A stretch of DNA of 64,000 nt from the NCBI RefSeq assembly GCF_036365525.1, contig NC_090371.1, positions 136,644,737 to 136,708,736 on the forward strand, read 5' to 3'. The position numbers and the translations under genes are program-made. The notes beneath the pieces are model-generated. The model worked only from the letters and a program-made list of their open reading frames with translations, searched no databases and had not been told where the DNA came from. This DNA is from Heterodontus francisci (Eukaryota). Below, piece by piece: positions 48,930 to 61,315 of the stretch (its first letter is position 1; each line of letters begins with the position of its first letter).

Positions 48930-49700
48930 GCCAATTTGTTATCACTCATTGAGGTCACAACGGCTCCAGTTTTCTTCGCTGTAGGGTTGCTTCAGGCTGC
49001 TGCAGGTAACAGGTGGGCATTACAACTATACTGCAAAAGTACTTAATTGGTTGTAAAGGGCTTTGGGATGTCCTGAAATCACAAAAGATGCTATATAAAT
49101 GTAAGTTTTTCATCAACCAGTCAGCCATGCATTTCTGCATCAAGCAGGTTACTGATGCCATCTCTCGAAGAGTGGGCATTTTTACCAACTTCATTATGGA
49201 CAGCAGAAGCTGGAATTACCACACTGTTGGCTTTACAGCCATTGCAGGCTTCCCCCATGCGCAGGGAGTTATCGCTTGCATACATGTCACCAAGGGTATC
49301 TTTCCATGAGCCTGTGGCCTTCCTAATCAGGAAGGGCTTCCATTCAATAAATGTTCAAGTAGTTATAGACCATGCCCTGAAAACTATGCATGTGTGTGAA
49401 TGCTATCCAGGGAGGTTGCATGATGCTGTCAAACTGCAAAGGACCACAGAGCTTGCACTTTACAAGTGTATGGATGGCTCATTGGAGAAAAGTGCTAAGG
49501 TCCATCCACATGGCTCATGACACCACTTTGGCATCCGCAGCCACCCACTGAACAGTGCTACAACAATAGCCATAAGAGTATCAGTGCCATGATTGAGCAG
49601 GCCTTCAGAATACAGAAGTAATGCTTCAGATACTTGGATTGGTCATGCAGCACTGCAAAATACAGGCTGCCATGAGTGTATAATGCCATGCTATATAAGT
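48930..49700 (+). pseudogene. Harbinger (HARBI1-like) DDE transposase remnant
   Basis: SQSAMHFCIKQVTDA, IAGFPHAQGVIACIHV, RKGFHSINVQVVID, YPGRLHDA, WLMTPL; frameshifted, with a SINE/L2 tail piece at about 49010-49110. Confidence 0.85.
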
Positions 49701-51369
49701 CTGCTGTTGATTGTGAATAGATCCTGGACATGGAGCAGTCCGCTTTAATATCCTTGGAATGAAAATCTGTTTATCAGTTTGCTTAATTGGGTCATTTTAG
49801 GTGATATTGAAATTAGCAAAAATCTCCTTTTGGTTCACAGTTTTCATCAGTGCAAAGGTATTATTGACCCTCCCCCTTTCCATCACCGCCATTCTGGCAC
49901 TGGTACAAGCAATATTTGTGCCAGTCACTGTGCCTGTGGAATTATGCAAGCCCCGGCAAGCAACAACACTAGGAAGATAGGGCTACTGCTGTGCATAGCT
50001 AAGGGATGTGGGGAGCACAAGCACATTTAAAGTTAGTCTCTGAACAACCCTGCCCTTTATATTCACATTCACTAAACATTAAAGCAGACACTGGGCACAA
50101 CACAACCACAATACATTTAACTGGGTAGTTATGGTGCAACTGTAATCGGAAAAATATTGTTTTTTTCAGTTGTCTGCAAGTAGATGTTAATGGAGTCATT
50201 ATTTTTAGGATGTACTCTATTTGCAAACTTCATGTTTTAAAAATATCCCTCATTCAAATATACAGGTTGAGGAATTTCTCAGCAGACATTTGATTTGGGA
50301 GAATCTGTGTTGGAATTTGCAATGGCCATGAAAGACAACATACTTAATTTGTTTGTTATTTATAATTGTAACAAGAGTATAGTGTGATTCACTTTAAGTT
50401 CAACGGCAAAAGCATTTCTCAGTGAGAGTATTAACTTTAAATACATAGCTGTAAAAACTGAACTAGCAAATGCTCTCCCACTCAAAAAACATTGTGAAGC
50501 TGGAATTAAGTGAAATTATCTCTAATCTTTTGATCCTTGTCACACCACAAAACTATGCGGTAATACAGTGTGGAATTTTTTTCAGACTGAGGACTGGGGA
50601 CTCTGCTTGAAGCATGAGCTGTAGTTATATAAATCTCCAAGTAGGACTGACCTGAGTAATGCTCGTAAAAGAACCCCATCATTCCACAGCCACCTGCTAT
50701 TCATCCATCTGTGGATCTGAACAACTGCTTTTAGCTGACATTTGAGTTCTTTGATGTTTATGCAGAGTCGGCTTCTTTTGATGATAAATTCCAAAGGTTG
50801 TCAAGTTAAGGCAACTTGCCATGTTTTTCCCTAAAGGTAATTTGGTGATATTATGCAGAATATGATTAAACATCATTGCATCATTTTGTCCATGATTTGT
50901 TTAAAAGTATAAACTTTTTTAGACAAAAAAGCAATGAAGAAAAACTGGCACAGTAATAGAATATCCAATTTTCCACATGATGGGGCACAATTGGGATTAA
51001 AATTGGGATTAAAGTCAGGCACAATTAGATTTAACTATTTTCAGTGGACAGAAAAGATGCGATTTTTCCTTATATTACAAGTAAGATTTCCTCCCCCTCC
51101 CCAATGATCAGTGGTATGGCAGTGACCCATAAAGACTGAAAAGTCCCAGGTTCTATCCCTCATTGAGCTACACACTACAAATGACCTCGGGATCACCAGG
51201 CTAGGGAGTGGCAATAGACTACCCGCAATCACTGTACAGGCTCGCTTGAAAAACGGTCATTTGGATGAGGTTAACAGGGTTAATAGTACACATGGAATTC
51301 ACCTTGGAAACTTCACTGGGGGAGATATAAGAGTAGAAAATCGGAAGAAAACAAAACTGATATTTAGGG

Positions 51370-52180
51370 CACTTGCTGATGATTGCACAATGTTCAGCAC
51401 CATTCGCGACTCCTCAGATAGTGATGTCCATATACAGCAAGGCCTGGACAACATCCAGGCTTGGGCTGATAAGTGGCAAGTAACATTCATGCCACACAAG
51501 TACCTAGCACTGACCATCTCAAACAAGAGAGAATCTAACCATCCCCCCTTGACGTTCAATGGCATTACCATCTCTGAATCGCCCACTATCAACCAGAAAC
51601 TGAACTGGACCAGCCACATAAATGCTGTAGCTACAAGAGCAGGTCAGAGGCTGGGAATTCTGTGGCGAGTAACTCACCTCCTGACTCCCCAATACCTGTC
51701 CACCATCTACAAGGGAGGAGTGTGATGGAATACAGTCCATTTGCCTGGATGGGTGCAGCTCCAACAACACTCAAGAAGCTCAACACCATCCAGGACAAAG
51801 CAGCCTGCTTGATTGGCACCCCATCCACCACCTTCAACATTCACTCCCTCCACCACCGATGCACAGTGGCAGTAATATATACCATCTATAAGATGCACTG
51901 CAGCAACTCACCAAGACTCCTTCAACAGCACCTTCCAAATCTACGACCTCTACCACCTAGAAGGACAAGGGCAGCAGATGAATGGGAACACCATCACCTG
52001 CAAGTTCCCCTCCAAGCCACACATCATGGAACTCCCTTACTAACAGCACTGTTGGTGTACCTACACCTCAAGAACTGCAGCAGTTCAAGAAGGCAGCTGA
52101 CCACCACCTTCTCAAGGGCAATTAGGGATGGGCAATATAGCCAGCGATGCCCACATCCCCCGAACGAATAAAAAAAACTT
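51370..52180 (+). mobile_element. CR1/L2-group LINE RT C-terminus and 3' tail
   Basis: ADDCTMF..QQGLDNIQAWADKWQVTF and RSVMEYSPFAW. Confidence 0.85.
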
Positions 52181-52380
52181 TCATTACTCCAGGAGCCAAA
52201 AGCTTCATAAAGGAAAAGAAAAAACTTGCATTTAAATAGCACCTTTCATGTCCTCAGGACATCCCAAAATACTTCGTAATCTATGAATTGAAGTGCTTTG
52301 TAGACAAACACAGCAGCCAATTTGCACAGAGCAAGAGCCCACAAATAGCAATAAAATAAATGACCAGTTATTTTGTTTCA

Positions 52381-54610
52381 TATGCTGAAAAATTCAGTGA
52401 ATAGTGCCTGTATTTAGGCACTAAGAGTGCTGTTTCAGGTCCAAAATAGTGCCCACAGTGTGCATGCACCCTTCTGGTGCCAGCTACACCGGATACCATT
52501 TTGGTAAAGGCATTTGCATGGGCACAGGGATACTGAAAGTATGCAAAGAAGGCAAATTGTGACATCAGTCAGCATGTAACACCAATTTGATGCCAGTGGT
52601 GTCATTTTCAACACTCTAGTTAATGCCCTCTTTTAACCCAACACAGCTGAACATGCAATCAGCAGCAGCTGAACGAGGCCCCACCAGCCCTATTCAAGGG
52701 GTTCATTAACTACTTTCAGGTTAGTTGCTGATTGATTTCTACTGGCTGTCACTGAATTTATAGAGTGTTTGGTGGTTTAAAGTTTCTGAAGTCTACAGGG
52801 GGTGATATAGTACATGCTGAGAGCCTTGATTCTGACTTCAAGGGTGCTTAGTTTGTATCCTCATTGGTCTGCAGCATGACAGGGTGGATGAGCAGAGGTG
52901 ACACAGAGCAGGACAAGCTATTTGAAGACAGAGGAGTAGGAGGGGGAGAAGAGCTCTCAGCCGGAGGCCATACTCATTCATGGTCTTCAGGGAGCAATTT
53001 TCCTACCTCAACCTCAGCAAGGAACAATGCATCAGACATGTTCACCTCACCAAGGGGGTGCTCACTGAAATCTGACCAGTGTTACATCATCAGATGGTGT
53101 GGTCTGGAGGAGCCTTGCTGTACTTGCCAATTTGTGGTGGTCTGCTGCATGCTGCATAAGCACACCATCATGAGAGCACAGCCCTTGCCACTTGGTATAT
53201 AGCAAACAGCTGAGGAGGAGGAAGAGGAGAAGGAAGGATGAGGCAACGAGCACATCCCCTTTCTAGCCAGACTGTCTGTGGTTGACTCATCGACTGCAGT
53301 AACAGAGACCCAACCTCAATTTCCCAGTCATCAACAGTCCCACACCTCACCTTCTCTCTGTTACTGACATCACAGTGTCCTCTTGGCCATAATGCTGAAG
53401 TAAAAGCCACAACAAAATAAATATTCCAAGCCAACTTTATAAACCAAACCATATCATATTCCATACAAAAGTCAACTAATCACCCTTGTGCAATCCCTTA
53501 GTGTCTGTCTTGAGGGTGCCTTTGCATGTCCTTGTGCTCCTACACAGTTCTACCCCAGTGGCTGCAGCATGGCTGGTGGAAGGTTGCTAACTGAGGGAGA
53601 CTGCAGATAGCCTTGCAGGACAATCTTGACCAGTTGTGCCCTGGAAGGTCCAGCTTCAGACTACACCATCTTAGCATGGGTGGCAATACCCAGGGATTCC
53701 TTCATGCTCCTTGACAGTGTTGACATTGACAACAGGCTTTCTGGCAGGCCTGCCAATATACCAAGAATTTTAGTGGCCTTTTTCTCTAGGCCACCCCGTT
53801 GAAGTCCTCATCTGAGTTCTCTGCAGCAGAACTTGTATGCTACGTAACCCTCTGGCGAGCTGGCACCTGTGCTTCCCTTGCCCCCTGCCCTGGCTGCAGG
53901 CCACTTGTGCCCGGTCTCACTCATTCAGATCCTGCATTTAAGCTATCCTCTAAAGTACGTGCAGTGTCACTCTTTGAGCTGGTGCTGCGAGTGTGAGAAT
54001 AAGTGATGGTGTTTCTTCTTCATCACAGCCTTCCTGCTCTTCCACCTCTTGCTGTTCTACCACTGCCTGGTTAGGTGGCAATTCTTGTGTATTTGAAAGG
54101 AGAAAGGCACAAGGGTAGGGTTGTTTTGAGAGAAGGTGAGGGAAAGCAGGAGGTGCACGCTCACACCATCTGCAGCTTGTAAATGAGAAGAGATTGTTGG
54201 ATGAGTGGGAAGTAGGATGTGAGAAGGCGGATTAAGTGTGAGCATCACGGCAGCTTTGATGGTTTCAGTCCCACTGCTGGCCACAGACTCAGACGTGGTT
54301 GCTATAATGATGGAAAGCACCGTCTCCTCCATGGGGGTAAGACATGCATTCTTGACTGTCCACGACCGATTAGGTGCTGTTGCCTCCGATTATGCACCAG
54401 CTTGTCCTGCAAGAGAGAGGGAAGTGTGTCAGTAAGTGTGATGCAATGCATTTGGTGATGTGTCTGTCATGGTTAAATATCTGACAGTGTGTGCAACCTG
54501 TGAATTGAGGGTGTGAGACTTGCAGCAGTGTGTATGATTGCTAAGTGTGTGAGGGTGAGGTGAAGCTATGAATATGAGATTTGAGTCGTGATTGATAGAT
54601 TGTTGGTAGA
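52381..54610. mobile_element. Internally deleted Harbinger element (transposase ends on +, second-ORF relic on -)
   Basis: RRPYSFMVFREQFSYLNLSKEQCIR and FVVVCCMLHKHTIMRAQPLP relics; left end homologous to 7870-8015. Confidence 0.65.
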
Positions 54611-55228
54611 TGAGCAGAAATTTCCTCCAACTAAATATTGGGAAGACCAAAGCTATTGTCTTCAGTTCCCATCACAAACTCTGTTCCCTAGCCACTGACT
54701 CCATCCTCCTCCCAAGCAACTATCTGAACCAGACTGTTTGCAACCTTACTGTCATATTTGACCCCGAGATAAGCTTTTGACCACATATCTGTACATCTTT
54801 AAGACCGCCTACTTCCACCTCCATTTGATTATCCAACTCCGTCCCTGCCTCAACTCGTTTGCTGCTGAAAGCCTCATCCATGCCTTTGTTACTTCTAGTC
54901 TTGACTATTCCAATGCCATCCCACATTCTACCCTACGTAAGCTTCACATCATCCAAAACGCTGCTGCTCTGTCCTATTCACCCATTACCCCTGTGCTTGC
55001 TGACCTACATTGGCTCTCAATTAAGCAATGCTTCAATTTTCAAATTCACATAATTATTTTTAAATCCCTCCATAGCTCCACTACCCTCCAAGTTATCAGC
55101 ATTCTGCTATTTCTGGCCTCTTAAGAATTCCTGATTTTAATCACTCCACCATGTGGACAATAGCTTTGGTCTTCCCAATATTTAGTTGGAGGAAATTTCT
55201 GCTCATCTACCAACAATCTATCAATCAC
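54588..55228. repeat. Perfect 73-bp inverted repeat (arms 54588-54660 and 55156-55228)
   Basis: Base-by-base reverse-complement identity of the two arms. Confidence 0.95.
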
Positions 55229-55430
55229 CTTGCCATCAGCTGCGAAGGGCATAAACTCTGGAATTCCCACCCTAAACTTTACTGCCTTTACCGCTGGTTC
55301 TTCCTTTAAGATGGTCCTGAAAACCTACCTCTTGACCAGGGTTTTTGCCATCTGCTCTAATATCTCTTTAAGTGGCTCGGTGTCAATTCTTTTTGAGAAC
55401 GCTCCTGTGAAGTGTTTTGGGCACCTGAAC
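54610..55430 (+). mobile_element. L2 3' fragment
   Basis: AESLIHAFVTSSLDYSNA and ITPVLADLHWL. Confidence 0.88.
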
Positions 55431-55504
55431 AGATAAATGGAGCACCAATGTAGCATATTATCCATAGACAGTGCTTTCAGCAATGCAACACTCTCTCAGA
55501 ACTA

Positions 55505-56435
55505 AAACAAGAACAACAACAACTTATATTTATATAGCACCTTTAACATAATAAAACATGCCAAGGTGCTTCACAGGAGCATTATACAACAAAGGATCAC
55601 ACCGACCACAAAAGGAGATAAAAGCTTGGTGAAAGAGGTAGGTTTTGAGGAGTGTCTTATACAAGGAAAGTGAGGCGGAAAGGTGTAGGGAGGGTATTCC
55701 AGAGCTTGGGGCCTAGGCAACGGATGGTGTGGCAACAATGGTGAAGTGATTAAAATCAGGGATGCACAAGGCCAGAATTAGAGGAGTGAGGGATCTCAGA
55801 CGGTTATGGGGCTGGAGGAGATTATTGTGTGAGGGGCGAAGCCATGGAGGGATTTGAAAACAAGGATGAGAATTTTAAAATCAAGATGTTGCTTGACCAG
55901 GAGTCAATGTAGGTCAGTGAGCACAGAGATGATAGGCAACAGGACTTGGTGCAAGTTAAGATACGGGCAGCAGAGTTTTGGATGACCTCAAGTTTATGGA
56001 GAGTAGAATGTGGGAGACAGCCAGGAGTGCATTGGAATAGTCAAGTCCAGAGGTAACGAAGGCATGAATGAGAGTTTCAGCAGCAGATGGGCTGAGAAAT
56101 GGGCGATGTTACAGAGGAGGAAATAGGGAGTCTTAGTGATGGCACAAATATGAGGTCAGAAGCTCATCTAGGGGTCAAATGTTACACCAAGGTTGCGAAC
56201 TGACTGGCTTAATCTCAGACTGTTGCCAGGGAGATGGATGGAGTTGATAGCTAGGGAATGGAGTTTGGAGTGGGGATCGAAAATAATAGCTTCAGTCTTC
56301 CCAATATTTAATTGGAAGAAATTTCTGCTCATCCAGTACTGGATGTCAGATAAGTTGTCTGATAGTTTAGCAACAGTGGAGGAGTTGAGAGAAGTGATGA
56401 AGTAGAGCTGAGTGTCGTCAGCATATATGTGAAAT
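55505..56435 (-). mobile_element. L2 3' fragment
   Basis: FHIYADDTQLY..LNIGKTEAI..VRNLGVTFDP; (aac)n tail; close to the 25070-26380 copy. Confidence 0.9.
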
Positions 56436-56449
56436 TGTGTCATCTTAAA

Positions 56450-57500
56450 TTACGTAAATTACATAATTAAGTCAACATAAAAGAGAACCCAAAAATCTTC
56501 TGCAGGCATGTAAGTAGTAAACGGGTGGTAAGAGGTGGAGTGGGGCCTATTAGAGGCATAAGGCAAGGCTACAATATTTAATGAGTACTTTGTATTGGTG
56601 TTTACTAAGGAAGAGGCATCTGACAAAATATTGGTAGAAGCAGAGAGGGTAGAGGCAATGAATAGGATAAAAATTAAGAGAGAGGAGGTACTGGAAAGGC
56701 TGGCTATGCTTAGGGTAGATAAGTCACCTGGTCCAGATGGCTTACAACTGGGTTGCTAAAGGAAATGGAGTTGGAGATAGTGGAAGGGCTTGCCATAATC
56801 TTCCAATCTTCACTAGATATGGGGGAGGTACCAGAGGATTGTAGAGTGGCATATGTTATTCAAGAAAGGGTGTAAGGACAGTCCTAGCAACTTCAGGCCA
56901 GTTAGTTTAACATCAGTGGTGGATAAGATTTTAGAAACAATAATCAGGGAGAGGTTTTAGTTAATTAAAGATAGTCAGCACGGATTTGTAAAAGGCAGAA
57001 CATGCTTGACTAATCTAATTGAATTTTTTGATGAAGTAACACAGAGTTTGATGAAGGGAATGCGATGGATGTTGTCTATATGGATTTTAGGAAAGCGTTT
57101 GATAAAAGGCTGGTTAACAAAATTGAGTCACATGGAATAGAAGTCAGTGTCCATTTGGATAAAAAAAATTGGCTTAAGGACAGAAAACAGCGAGTCGTAG
57201 TAAATGGTTGTTTTTCAAGCTGGAGGATGGTAGACAGTGGTGTTCCTCAAGGGTCAGTGCTGGGACCACTGCTTTTTTGATATATATAAATGACTTGGAT
57301 ATTGGAATACAGAGTAGAATCTCAAAATTTGCCGATAATACCAATTTGGACGAGCGGCAAACAGCGAGGATGATATGAACCGCCTGCAACAGGACATAGA
57401 AAGTCTATCAGAATGGGCAAACAGTGGCAGATGGAATTTAATACCGACAAGTGTGAAGTGATGCATTTTGGCAGAAGGGGTATGGTGAGGCGATGTAAAA
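56450..57500 (+). mobile_element. CR1 RT remnant
   Basis: DVVYMDFRKAFDK and SGVPQGSVLGPLLF; multiple indels. Confidence 0.88.
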
Positions 57501-58819
57501 TTAAACACATAACCTTCTGATTCCAAGGCAACAGTGTTATCACTGAGTAAAAGCGATTTACCAGCAACATTTGAGGCTCACTGCAAAGAACAGACAATGG
57601 ATGAGGTACCAGATGGCAGCCAGACTCTGTGAACAGTACTGAGCAAAGGTTGGCACCCTTGGGGAAGATGGGGAGAATTCTGCATCCTGGGCATTATTGG
57701 GAAGAAGTTAGGATCATTAACATTCTATGTAATTATCAGTAATAAAATTGTACAGGATCAAAAATCCCTAAAGTTCCTTGCAGAAAAATTAATTTTAATA
57801 ATAAATGTGTGCATTTTAATTTAAAACATAGAAATGTTCAGAAGATACCAAAGATTCAGGGGTCCTGTACTTCAACTGTTAAAAGTATATTTTATTCCTG
57901 TTCATGTTGAACTTCTGTTCCTGTCTGAGGTAGGAGTTCATTGTGGTGATATATTCTCCATTATACATATGCTTGTTTGTGCTCAGATGGGAACTGCTAT
58001 GTTGTTCACCAACTTGCATTTAGAATTACATATAAAAAATATAAACTTTTGCAGGGAATGCTTGATATGATCATCTGCACTGATTTCTACTCCAAAGAAC
58101 AATAGCTGGAAGGTGGAGGGAGGAGAAATAAAAAGACTCACTGATACAGATTAAAATAATTTCAGACCAGTTTCAAAAGCACAGCTGGCATGGCATGGAG
58201 TACTAAATAGGCACCTATACTATTCAATACTACTCAATGGTTGTGATGTTGAAGTTTTGGAACAAATAATTCTTGATATTCCCAGAGCTCAGCCTATCCA
58301 CCAACCACCCAATGAATGACAACTCTTTAAAACTAACTGTAAAGTTCCATGAGATACAAGTCTCTGTCTACAACAACAGAAAGTCTGACCAATGTTAAGG
58401 CAAAGAACTAATGTATGAAAGGGACTGCAATTGCTCATATTGGCTGAGGAAAACAAAACCAGGTATTGTAGTGAAGGGCTGAAGCTGAAGCTTAAAAACA
58501 TTAGAGTTTTGGGCCTGTATGGAGGGATCGAATCCCTCTCCATCCATTTATATGCATCAAGACTATTGTCCTAAGCTTTTTGCAACCTTCCAACTAGGAG
58601 TGGTTGTAACAAGAGCGGTGGGAGGGAAATGAGACTGGTTGCTGGACTCCACACCCCCATTGGTATTAGCATGCATTGCCCTGGGAAGCATGATCCTGAT
58701 GGGGATGAGGGAAGTTAAATTGCGATCAGAGCAGTGCCTTTGCTGAGCATCACTGCCTCATTTTCCTGCCATCTCCATTACCCATTTGCCCTATTTTTGG
58801 CAATTTAACAGAGAAAAGT

Positions 58820-60040
58820 TTAAAATAAAAACAGAAAATGCTGGAAATACTCAGCAGGTCTGGCAAAATCTGTGGAGAGGGAAACAGAGTTAATGTTTCA
58901 GGTTGATGACCTTTCATCAGAACTGGGAAAAGTTAGCGTGTAATAGGTTTTAAGCGAGTACAATGTCAAGAGGGTGGGTGCGAGAAAGAATAAAAGGGAA
59001 GGTCTGTGATAGGGTTGAAGACAGGAAAGATTAAATGGCAAAAGGGTTGATGGTGCAAGCCAAAGGGAGTGGTAATGAGGCAAATAAAGAAACAAAAGAT
59101 GTGTTGAGAGGAGATGTGAATGGCAGAATCATGAACAGTTGCTATCTGAAAGGAAAAGAAGAGAGAAAAATAAGAAAGAGAAACACCAAAGCCAGCAAAT
59201 AAAAAGGAAACAAAATGGAGGCAGAGATTATGATCTAAAATTGTTGAACTCAGTGTTGAGCCCGGAAGGCTGTAAAGTGCCTCATTGTAAGATAAGGTCC
59301 TGTTCCTCGAGCTTACATTGAGCTTCATTGGAACACTACAGGAGGCCGAGTTCAGAGAGGTCAGAGTGGGAGCAAAGTGGAGAATTAAAATGACAGGCGA
59401 CCAGAAGCTTGGGGTCGTGTTTGTGGACTGAACGGAGGTGTTCCACAATGTAGTCACCTGTGTTTGGTCTCCCCAGTGTAGAGCAGACTGCATTGTGAAC
59501 AGTGAATACAGTATACTAAATTGAAAGTTCAGGTAAATCGCTGTTACAACTGGAAGGAGTTTTTGTGGCCCTGGTCGGTGAGAAGGGAGGAGGTAAAAGG
59601 GCAGGTGTTGTATCTCCTGCACTTGCATGGAAAGGTGCTGTTGGAAAGGGAGGGGGTGTTGGGAGAGATTGAGGAGTGGACCATGTTCACGCAGAGGGAA
59701 AGGTCCCTTTAGAAGGCTGACAGGGGAGGGGAGGAGCAGATGTGTTTAGTGGTGGCATGATTCAGGACATGACAGAAATGGTGGAGGATGATTCGTTGAA
59801 TACAGAGGCTGGTGGGATGAAAGGTGAGGACAAGGGAATCCCTATCATGATTCTGGGAGGGAGGGGAAGGAGTGAGAGCAGAAATGCATGAAATGGGATG
59901 GACACGGTGAGCACCCTGTCAACCATGATGGGGGGCACTCCTCAGTTGAGAAAAAAGGAAAGATTATCGGAAGTGCTAGCATGGAAGGTTGCGTCGTCAG
60001 AACAGAAGCAACAGGGATGGATAAATAGGGAGGATGGAGT
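58820..60040 (-). mobile_element. Penelope-like element 3' part with GIY-YIG endonuclease remnant and terminal repeat
   Basis: Frameshifted minus-strand relics CKCRRYNTCPF, NLVYCIHCSQCSLLYTGETK, ACHFNS and LQPSGLNTEFNNF. Confidence 0.85.
58888..58924 (-). ncRNA. Hammerhead motif, mutated copy
   Basis: AGUU-CUGAUGA-AAGGUCAUCAACCU-GAAAC-AUU-AACU (GUU changed to AUU, a CpG-type change). Confidence 0.45.
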
Positions 60041-61315
60041 TGAGAGGAAAATTTAATCTAGCATTCCAAATATATTTGTGGTGCAGAAGTTAGAGAGTTG
60101 TTACAGCATTGATTTATCTGTCAAGCTAACAGTGGTGTATTTTGAGTGGAATTTATGTAGTGAGTTATTATGGACTGTTCCTGGAACTTCGTCTGTCCAA
60201 CAACACTTATTTTAAGCATTGTTGAATGTGATAGACCTTGGGAAAATATAATCCTCTTAATCACCACAAACAAGGATTTAAATTATGAAATTTTGTAATG
60301 GCCACAATCACATAGGATTAGTCTTTCACCTTAGTAATAACTTAAATATGAGGCACTCAGAATACTTTAAAAGCACATCATGGCCATTTTGAGGGAAACG
60401 TCAGCCAAACTGATTGACTAAAACCTTGCTTTGGAAACTCAGTTAAAAATTCAGTTGAATTGAATGAGGCTATATTGGCAGCTACTGAAACAGTGCAGTG
60501 TAGATGCTAAAGCACAAACTTTTTCTCTTTTTATCCAATTTACTCACCTTTTCTGAAATTGATAATTCAAGGCAGTTTACTATGGCAACAGTATGTCTTG
60601 AAGTTTATTCATTTTCCTCTTAAGATCTATCAGAATGGTCACTGATAACATGTAAAAAAATGATTTCTGACACATCAGCTTCCTAAGAGTATCAGATTGG
60701 CCAGGTATGTCTCCCAGATCACTCTCTCATCATGAGAATTTTTTTTTACATGCTGAGGGGAGGAACAGGGGAGTGGGATAATTGGTCAACTCCACCAAAG
60801 AGCTGGCACAGATGCAATAGGCTGAATGGCCTCTTTCTGTTCCGTATCGTTCTATGATTTTATGACGATGATTGGTGCCTTGCTGAATTGCCTCAATATC
60901 AGCACCCTGTCAAGTAAATCAATCTGAAGCAAACTGTTTCTTCCTAAGACCTTCCTACCCTTTTTGTCCACCTATCATGGAGGTATCCCGACAGCATCAT
61001 TTAATAATCTTTAAAAGCAACATTCAAGCGCTGACTGCAGCAACTGGCCTGATTGTTTAAAATATCTCTTTCTTAATTTTACCACAAGATTAGTATTTAT
61101 ACCCTTGAATCAGCAACCAACCCCTGGTCATTTCCCACACACACACATGTACACACATAAACACACAGTCTATATGGAAACAGATTACAAGAGTTAAAGG
61201 TGCTAATCACATTGATTTTCTGTTTCTGTGTCATGAAATACATTGCATAAGTCACATCCCATTATTAAATACTGCATATATTAAACAGCTCATGGGTAAA
61301 TCACTCTCTGAGTTT

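Noticed and set aside
48930-49700. Possible domesticated HARBI1 gene
   Set aside because: Frameshifts, stops, a lost catalytic Asp and an inserted repeat show it is a decayed transposon.
57528-57605. Possible 78-nt in-frame exon (ATVLSLSKSDLPATFEAHCKEQTMDE)
   Set aside because: Weak acceptor and donor, directly adjacent to a CR1 remnant, peptide not recognised.
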